Assembly: GCF_009914755.1 (NCBI RefSeq)
Contig: NC_060931.1
DNA length: 64,000 nucleotides
Source: the human T2T-CHM13v2.0 reference genome, Homo sapiens
Reading direction: 5' to 3' (one strand)
The translations under genes were made by a program, and so were the position numbers. This document shows, one piece after another, positions 52,753 to 64,000 of this stretch (within the stretch, counting starts at the first letter, position 1; the number at the start of each line of letters is the position of its first letter). Under the pieces are notes generated by a model. The model had not been told where the DNA came from and did no database searches. It saw only the letters and a list, made by a program, of their open reading frames with translations.

Positions 52753-54639
52753 ATGATGTATACTGGTAAGAAAAAGCAAAAATTCTCAACTGCAGCATGT
52801 CATAAACGGTACTTTTCCTTCTTACAGTTTCGATCCCAGGCTGAGCTGATATTAATACATCTGGGTGGTGTCTACATTGACCCATCAAAACATATCTGGT
52901 ATAAAACCACCAGAGAATACTGCCTTCCAGATTCAGCAGCTATGAGACAAATAACATCCTGTTCATTTAGAAAGAGCTGTGTTGAGAGATACTTGCTAAA
53001 TGCCTGAGATCTTTCTGGATGACTCTTCTTGCTCTTGTTTTTGCAAAGTAGCCATTCCTGGGCCATTTGTCAAACATACCTTATCTCGTGTAATATCATC
53101 TTTTTTGTTTGGTGTGGTTTTTGAATTCCAGGCAGACCGTGCCTAGTGTAATAGTCTTGGACAGACATTCTTCCTGTCTGGAGTATTTTCTTCCTGTCTA
53201 GAATATTTTAGTTACTGCCCTCAAGTTTTCAAACTGTTCTTTCTCTAAAAAGATATTCTTGCAAATCAGTGAACTTCAGAAAATGGAAAAAGCCGACCAG
53301 TGAATTTTAAGATACGGTATATTGCAATGAAAGAGTAGACATAATAAGTAGAAGCCAAATAAAATGGGCTCAGAGCATGCCCTCAGCATTTACACGTAGC
53401 CTTCTGTCTAGAGATTGTCCTTGTGGATCCAAAAGAAAATTGAACAATATATCGGTCGTGAAAATAAACAATGGCCCATCACCAAAAAGGAAAGTAGGCA
53501 ATGGGCCTAAAATAATGTTTCACTTTACATCCTTGCTCTATTCTCATTTTGTTTTATTTTTTGGGGACTGTGTGGGGACACTGGGTGCTACTTGCTCTTC
53601 GAGACGTCTATGCATTTATTTGGCTGGACAGAACAGATCAAAGGCAGTAGGGATACTTGTTGGGAAAGGATGTTGGTAAATATGGACAGTGATAATAAGC
53701 ATTAAAATGCAATCCTGATGTGCTCAATTATTTTTAAAAATATTGGCAAAAAAAGTGAAATTTTAGAAAATCTGTGATTAGCCTATCCTGTTTTTCCTGA
53801 AACAATAGGCCAGTTTATATTTTGTCAATATGCATTCTGTCCACGTGTAGTAAACATGTAGCCACTCACTTAATTTCTAAATATTGCATTTTCATTTTTA
53901 CCCCAAGATATAGGGATATTTAAGATGAGGTTATTTCATCCACTCAAGATGTTTCAGAGACCAACGTGATGTCATTCCTTTTTTTTTTTTTTTTGAAACA
54001 CCATTTGCCAGAAAAGAATGCCTTTCAAAACCTAAGCCCACCTTCATTGGCCTTTGGTTATGCTGTTTTCTCTTCTGTAAATGTCTTCCTCAAGTCATCT
54101 GCTCTCCAGTCAACACCATCACTTCCCCACCTGCTCAATCTTTCCCAGGCTGGTGAATTCCTATCCATCCTTCAAAGCCCAGTTCAATATCCCCTTCCGC
54201 AGACTTCTAGGAAGAATTTATTATTCTCTCCATTATACTACCATAGGATCTCCTACGTGTTCTGCTGTATCACCTGACACATAATTGCCTGTTTATTCTT
54301 GTAGATAATGAGATCCTTGAGTGCAGGCAGTTCTTATTCCTCTGATCTATTTCAACTTTGTATATCCAAGGACTAGTACAGGGCCAAGTTCAAAGCAGGC
54401 AATCAGCATGTAAATATCAAACAAACGAGTGAATAATGAGTTGCTGGAAAGGTGGAAATAAGATGAAAATAGGATATAATTCATCTGTCTGACATCCTTC
54501 CCCCATTAATTTGTAATGCCACTTCTGAGATATACCAAGTATCCATATATGTGTGATTTGGTTTCTTGTCTTTCCAGTGTATACTACTGGTACCAAATGT
54601 ACTGTACCAAACATACTGGGCTTTGGCTCTCTATTTGAA

Positions 54640-56340
<1,701 letters not shown>

Positions 56341-56349
56341 GATACCCTA

Positions 56350-58140
56350 AACTCCATCATTTCTCAACTTCTGAGGATCATCACTCCTTTGCTTATCTTT
56401 TCTCTCTTCTGCATTTCCAGTCTCTTACCTATTGTATCAAGTTCATCAACAAGTCAACTTGCCTTGGTGTTTCCCATCTTTTAAAAAAGTCCTTCCTTGA
56501 CTCCACATCTCCCTTGAGCTATCCTCTGTCTCTGTTGAACATCATAGCCAGCCTTCCTGATAGAGGAGGTACCCACATATTTCTCTACTTCCTTACCTTC
56601 TTCAGTTCAGTTGAGTCTTACTTCTACCCTCAGCCATCCAAAGAGATTGCTGTTGCTAAGGTTGCTAACGACTTCCATGTATCTGAGTCAATATTTAGTA
56701 CTTATTTCATTGAACCTCTTATCAGCATTCAACATAATTGACCATTCATTCCCTAAAACATTCTTCACCTCTTGGCTTCTGGAACACTTTGTTGGTTTTC
56801 TCTAAATGTTTGAACACTGAGTGCTCAGGGATGAGCTCTCTTTTGTTTTCTGCTCCCTACCTTTAATATAATCATGTGCTATATAACAATATTTAGGTCA
56901 ACAATGAACCACATATATCATGGTGAACCCATAAGATTATAATGGAGCTTCCCTATGTAAGTGTACCATTTTTTATCCTTTATACTGTATTTTTACTGTA
57001 CCTTTTCTATGTTTAGATATGTTCAGGTACATAAATACTTACTGTTATGTTACAGTTGCCTACAGTATTTAGTAAAGTGACATGCTGTAGAGGTCTGTAG
57101 CCTAGGAGCAATAGGCTATACCATATACCCTAGATGTGTAGTAGGCCCTACCATCTAGGTTTGTGCAAGTACGCTCTATGATGATCCCCCTCAATGATGA
57201 AATCACCCAAGGATGCTTTTCTCAGAATGTAGCTCCATCATTAAGTGATGCATGACCATACTTTTTGTTCATTCACACAATTTTAAATATCATCTATTCA
57301 TCATAGATGGTGAAATTTATACCTCTGGTCTTTGCTCCTCCTCTGACCTCTCAAACTATGAGTTCCTGCTTGACACTAACACTTGGATATCATAGCAGCA
57401 TTTAACCCTAACCCATCTAAAATGGAATTCTTCACTTTCTCCCCAGAAGAGTGTCTTTCCCATCTCAGCAAATGGTATCATCATTTACCTAGTTCCTAAG
57501 CTAGAATCTCAGAGTCATTCTTGACTCCTGTCTCCCTCAAAGGCCCACACTTCTACTGTCAGGTCCTATAAATTCTGTCTTCAAAATATACCTCAAATTC
57601 TTCCACTTTCCATCTCCACTGCCAGCATCCAGGTGTTAGGCTCTATCATTGTTCAACTAGACTACAACATAGTTTTCATATCTATTCCACTATTAACACC
57701 CTCTCATTCATTTTCAACACAGTTGTCAGAATAATCTTTTAAAAAAATCTATGTGAAGTCCTCCAAGAACTTCCTACTGTACTTAGATTGAAACAAAATC
57801 CACACTCATGAATAAAGCCTTTAAGGCCCTGTGTAACTTTTCCTATCCTACCTTCAGCTTCACTCCAATTCCTCTCCCCGCAACTTTTGGTGTTCTGGCC
57901 ACCCTGGCCATCTAGTTCCTTCACCACACCAAGTTCTTTTGCTCCCGCAAGGCCTCCATATATTCCTTCTGCTGGGAATGATCTCTGTCCCTTTCTCTTT
58001 CCCTGTGGAAGAGAACTGGCTCTTCTTTTACATCTGGTCACCTTCCAAAAGAGGCTTTCCTGACCATTCTGGTTAAGGTTGGGCCCCACTTGGTCTCTCT
58101 AGTAGCAGCCTCATCTTTTTTTCTTCTGTAGCCCTTTTTA
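56350..58140 (+). mobile_element. L2 relic interrupted by Tigger3
   Basis: ttgctaaggttgctaacgacttccatg; cagcattcaacataattgacca; tcattcttgactcct. Confidence 0.7.
56870..57260 (+). mobile_element. Tigger3a/MER7A-type element
   Basis: tcatgtgctatataac...cccataagattataatggagct...ttaagtgatgcatgac; TIR-like ends. Confidence 0.8.
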
Positions 58141-58812
58141 TACTTTTTTTTTTCTGGAGTTGCATTTTACATATTATTTTATTATATTTAATTGATCTTC
58201 ACAGCAGATTAACAATTGACTTTGCTGCCATAATTAAGAGCATTTCTAGTAAAATATTAAGAAATGTATGATTGCTGAATTTAGAAAATGTCCAACTTTA
58301 GATAGGATACTTTACTGAGGAACTCTTTTAGTACTGCATTCAATCTTGGTAGGCCTCTAAGTGAATTATGACATTTGGCCCTGTAAGTCCTTCTGGGATG
58401 AATTCTCTGCATTCCTGTTAAAAAATGCTTTGTCATTTCTTAGGGTCATTCCCTAGAAAAATGTTGAGAAATTTTTGGCATCATTTTCAAAGCAGGAACT
58501 ATATAATAGGCAGTTTGCATATGATAAACTGAAATACCAGAAAGACTACTATAACTTCGCTTTATTACAGAGTTATAAGTTGCTCTTTTTTATTTATTAA
58601 CTAGCTTATCATCTTTCTCTGCTTTTACTCATTGGTTTCCTTAGAAGAGATCCAGATCCATTTTGTTTGCCTCTTTATGTACACCCAATTACTAACATGT
58701 ATGAATAAAGAACTCAAACTGAGGCTCTTTTTTTCTTAAGCAGAACTCGGATGAACACCTTTCCAAATTGTGACCACACTCATCATCCTGCTTTTTTGTT
58801 AAATAAAAGCAG

Positions 58813-58817
<5 letters not shown>

Positions 58818-58848
<31 letters not shown>
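58818..58848 (+). repeat. A31 mononucleotide run
   Basis: Direct read. Confidence 0.97.
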
Positions 58849-58851
<3 letters not shown>

Positions 58852-59818
58852 TCTACATTTCTTTTGTTAATAGAGGTTTATGACTTTGAAAGGCCTTCTA
58901 TAATGCTTTATAACATTTTAACTTTGTAAAAATTCGGGACATTTTTGTGCACATTTGTATGGCCCCGATAGACTGCCTATGGTCATTTTAGATTGACCAT
59001 GGCCACATTTCCTTCTTAAAGCTCTTTGATGCCAGTATTTTTGCTTTGTTTTGTTTTCATTTTAAATCATAATTTAATACAGGAGGACCTATGCCTCAAA
59101 ATAATCAGAGATAAGACCATCCTTACTTTGTGATATTCAGAATATTTAACAACTGGCTGGGAGCATCAATCAATGAGACCAGCACTTTGGTCAACCAGGA
59201 AAGATTTTCAGCTTACTTACCTGAAGGCCACACCAAGTCCTACTGAATATGGAAACTATCTCTGGGGAAAGCAATTCCACAGGCCTTATTGGTTGCCTCC
59301 ATGTTTAGCCAACTCCTTTACTTTTTAAAATGCCTTTTTTGGAAGTAGCTCAAAGACTTGGAACCTTTTAATTATCCCATAATCATGTCTTATTTATACC
59401 TGCCTGGATAGTGTAGAGATGGGAAAACTTCAGTCAAAAGGACACAGTAATTGAGTTCTGCCTTCCAGAACTTGCTGAGCTAAATGCAGGTTATAGCGAC
59501 CAGCTTGGGCTATCTTGGGTTTGTCCACACAGTGCCTTGTTGTGGGTGGTCACAGTCTTACTCCTTAGCTGATGGCATGGCCTATAATCTGTTTCTCCAC
59601 GTTCCTTTCTGACTCTGTCCTGGGGCATGGTGGATCGATGAAGGATTTTCAAAGATCAAAGCACATCTCTGTTTTCTCAGGATCTGTTTGCAACTGCTTT
59701 ACTGGAAGGAAAAGCCCAGTGGGGGATCGCTCCTGCTGATCTTCATTGACATGTCTGAGGCTACCTGCCTTTAAATGACTCTGAGCTTTCTGACATTTTT
59801 CTTCTTTTTGGATCACAG

Positions 59819-59903
59819 GTCCACACGTTCCGAGGCCCACACTGGTGTGAATATTGTGCCAATTTCATGTGGGGGCTCATCGCCCAAGGGGTCCGGTGCT
59901 CAG
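59819..59903 (+). CDS. CHN2: CHN2 exon, C1 domain ([28 protein letters not shown])
   Basis: Polypyrimidine tract plus cacag|GTC acceptor; donor CAG|gtagac; 85 nt (phase 0-1); in frame with the previous exon. Missed by the ORF track. Confidence 0.97.
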
Positions 59904-61699
59904 GTAGACACAGAACTTTCTTCTTTTCCAATTATATGAAATGCCACTGTGCTGAGCTGGAGGATGTCTCTCCAGAGCTGGGAAATGTGCTCAGATTAGC
60001 TCAAAAGTCTAGCCTTCTGCAGGGTTCAAGGCCTGTCTGTGCTTAATGGGGAAACTATTTCAAGTGTTTGCGGGAATGAAAAAGAATATATCATGTTTAT
60101 GCAAGAAAAGAAAAAAAAAAACAAAAAGTACATTTCCTTAAACACCTACCTGCCTCTTACAATAGGCAGTAGTCCGTAAAAGAAAAAAAAAATCAATTCC
60201 AATGGAACTGCATAGCTAGAAAAGCCATACTTTGTCCTACCCCATCTTACTACAAAAGGTAAGACATAAAAATAGTAATAGTGCTGGTGAATATTTACCA
60301 CATACCAGGCACCAGTTAATCTCTATTTATCATGTCATTAGCCTCACCAACAGACCTTGGGGGAGATGCAATTATCCTCCATTAAAAAAAAAAAAAGACA
60401 CAGAGGCTTGTTATTTGCCCTTGGCTACGCAGTAAGGAATAGAATATTGATTCAATGGGAGCCAGATTCCAGAGTTCATGCTCAGTATCTCATTGTCATC
60501 AGATTAGCAGTGAAACTATGCACCTTGATTTGATATCACATAATTTCAAAGTAGTTTGAAAGCCTGGGTGATTTTCCATCTGGAATTGGAGGTATACACC
60601 TATTGCTAACAGCATACATCTTATTAAGGTACATCTAACACAATGATAAATGATACAAATTAATGTGTAACTGGGTTTCCTAATTCATGTTGCCATGGTT
60701 TTTCTGGCAAACACTTGTGGCTGGGAGCAAGACCAGCCTCCTCTGATATTGATCAGGTTTCTACCAACACCCTGACTGACTTCTTCCTTGCTAGGATATG
60801 ATTTTTAAAAATCTTAGGAGCATTTAGAATACAATAAGGTAATGACACTAATTAAGGTGATCTTTCCCATTTTGGCTCACAGCATCCTGTAAACCCTAAG
60901 TCCTCCTCTCTGCCTGGAAGAGGCTTCTAGCTTCCATTGTGTAAATACACCAATCACCGGTGTTGATACCTGGATGGTTCAAGTAGTTCCACCTCCCCCA
61001 TTGCAGGTCTATGTTTAAGGGGTGGTCAACATAGCTCAGAAGCAGCTTCTCCATAAATATTCAGAAACTCTGTTTAACACTAAAGACTGACTTGCCAGGA
61101 GCCACAACGTATCTCCCAGCTCAGCCACTGAGCAAAGGGGTAGAATATCTGAATTACTCAGTGGTCATTAATTTGGCCTGTCCCTATTGTACCTATCAAA
61201 AATATCCCTAATTGCTGGTATTAACCAGTTTCAGCAAGAAATTGGTCCAAAGTCAATATTATGAGAACAAAACTCTGGGCTTCATATTAGCTGTGAACAG
61301 CAACTTTTCAAGTTTCTCTGGGATAAAAGCGTTTTTGTGGGGTTTTTTTCTGGTTTTGTTTTTTTTTTTAAATAAGACATTTTCTGAGGCCATATTGTTA
61401 GTATTTTCCAATGGCTACTTTTTGGCCTTATATTTCCTCTTAGCAGCAGGGAGGCTAAAAACTGATCATGAAAGGTTAGGAAGAACCATCATTGCCTCTC
61501 AGCTTTCCATATATTACATCTTTTAAGTATTTTTAGAATGCACTGGACTTTATTTGTAGAATATGGATTTCTACTGCTTTGTAAAAAATGGAGCATTTTT
61601 ACATTTGTTATAGAACATCTTAATTTTAATAAAATATCAGTATTAAACTCTACATAAACACATTGTTGCTTTAGGTCTTAAATGAACATGGATGATTCC

Positions 61700-61945
61700 T
61701 ATTATATGTGGTACGTAGGGCAGCAATTCCAAGAGGTAGAAAGTTGAATGGTAGTTACAGGGGATGGGTAGATGGGGAGTTATATTGTTTAATGGGTATA
61801 GTTTCAGCTTTGGAAGATGAAAAAAGTTCTGGAGATGGCCGGTGGTAGTGGTTGCATAACAGTGTGAATGTACTTAATGCCACCAAACCATACACTTAAA
61901 AATGGTTAAAATGATAAATTTATCAGAATTTAACAAAAAAATTTA
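61700..61945 (+). mobile_element. L1MB/MA-like 3' end
   Basis: ttgtttaatgggtatagtttcag...aaagttctggagatgg...cacttaaaaatggttaaaatg. Confidence 0.8.
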
Positions 61946-62582
61946 AATGAAGTTTGTAAGACATACTAAGAATTCCTAATGAAATCACTTCAGAATTGCT
62001 GGGCAGATATACTTACATTTTTTTATCACCATATTTGCTATTTATTTTATTTGACCTAACATGTATACAATACTTAACTATATTTCAGACACTATGCTAA
62101 ACACTTTATTAACTTTTATTTGAGCCTCATGGCTAATGCCAGGAGGTAGGTGCTATTATGATCTTCTATAGAAGAGGATTCAACAGGAAACCCAGCCAAC
62201 TCTATTTAGCGCAGTTAGCCAAAATTTACATTCACTAGATAGATGTATCAAAATATTATTGAAGTCACTTGAGCTTTGTTGAATTTCTCATGTTGATAAA
62301 GATTAATTAGAACTGTTTTTGTTTTTTTTATTTTGAAAGGAGGTAGACAGAGAACTCAGCCAATAAAAATTACATGAAAATCACTTAGAAATTACCACTG
62401 ATTTTACAAAAGTTTAGATCCTCTCAAGTTCTTGGTGTGCTTAAGTGCTATTTTATAAAGCAGATGACTACAATATTCCTTATCATGTGTGCACGTGTGT
62501 GTTATTCTTTGTGCCTAGGAAAACAGTATTAGAAGATACTTTGAGTAGAGAGCACATCAACTTTGAACAACTTCAGCATTGA

Positions 62583-62923
<341 letters not shown>

Positions 62924-63730
62924 AACTGTGCCTTTTTATCATCAGAGAAATTCCGTCAGTGGATATTGACTGCTAACAGGCTCTTCGTGTTTTCATTGAA
63001 CTTTAAAAGCACCCTTTTCAGCTTTGGATTTTCATATGAACTTTATAAATAATCATCACATTACATTACATGGTATTGTTATAAACTCTCAAGTACTCCT
63101 ACTGGTGTATATAGTTAGGCATTATTTCCACTCACAGGTGTCAAAATAAGGCATGTAGAAAGGAAAGCGGCTTACCCAAACTGCCCAAGGAGGAAGGGAT
63201 TGGAAACTATGGGGCAACCTTCCAGGAAAGGGGAAGAGGATACCAATGGTCGTGGGCTTCTCAAAGCAAAGATTAGAGAGTCCTGCAGAAAGAGTAACTC
63301 TGCCTCCCACACAAGGAGCATCAAGAGCTTAAAGGAAAGAGTCTGGAACAAACCCTAGGTGCCCTTTATAAGCCAGGACTGTCTGGGAATCCAAACCCGA
63401 AAACCTACTTGTGGACCCAAAGGGTTCCAGCCTGAAACAGGAAAACATATACAAAAAAACCTGATCAATTACCTAAGCTGTCTCAGATGTTCTGTTCTTA
63501 AGGTCCAGCGACAGAGAAGGCTTAATGAGAAAAATGGAATCATATAAGGGTTTAGTGATTAGAGATGATACTTGTATTTATCCTGTAGAGAGTCCTAGAA
63601 ACGGGATAGATGTTCCAGAGAAATATGTCAAACCCTTGGGTGGTGATATTTTTATTTTTGGCAACATATAATTTGTGTTGTGCTTTGACAAAAGGGCTGG
63701 GCTAGGCTAATGTGGCTTCTTTGTTTACAG

Positions 63731-63904
63731 ACTGTGGATTGAACGTACACAAACAGTGTTCCAAGCACGTTCCCAATGACTGCCAACCTGATCTCAAGAG
63801 GATCAAGAAAGTGTACTGTTGTGACCTCACAACACTTGTGAAGGCTCACAACACTCAGAGACCCATGGTGGTAGACATATGCATTCGGGAAATTGAAGCA
63901 AGAG
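63731..63904 (+). CDS. CHN2: CHN2 exon, end of C1 domain and start of RhoGAP domain ([59 protein letters not shown])
   Basis: Acceptor ctttgtttacag|AC; donor GAG|gtttgg; 174 nt (phase 1-1). The spliced exons give an exact C1 pattern H-x12-C-x2-C-x13-C-x2-C-x4-H-x2-C-x7-C. Confidence 0.97.
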
Positions 63905-64000
63905 GTTTGGAAAATACTTCCTATTATAGTAGTATAGTGATTTTATTTTTATTGTTTGTTTTTACTGTTGTCAAGGAAACAGAGTTGCTCTACTACTCTT

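Overview
Primate, almost certainly human (it carries an AluYb8), genomic DNA from within the CHN2 (beta-chimaerin, Rac-GAP) gene, transcribed on the + strand. About 44 kb is one large intron. It is followed by the beta1-chimaerin-type first coding exon (ATG 43988), whose 3' part (44156-44233) is also an internal exon of the longer beta2 form. Two further exons (59819-59903, 63731-63904) complete the C1 zinc-finger and begin the RhoGAP domain. The rest is intronic and rich in repeats: 9 Alus, L1/L2/MIR fragments, MLT1 LTRs, MER5/MER20/MER58/MER91/MER96/Tigger3 DNA-transposon relics and microsatellites. Nearly all ORFs in the supplied track are spurious. I found no convincing wholly new biological system. 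The best leads are a dual-use coding/splice-acceptor segment with a cryptic in-frame donor and a uORF at the beta1 start, a small 5'-inverted L1 with a candidate 3' transduction, young Alus that may be polymorphic, two perfect hairpins, and candidate enhancers. Repeat subfamily names come from remembered consensus sequences, not from a search, and boundaries of old repeats are approximate.
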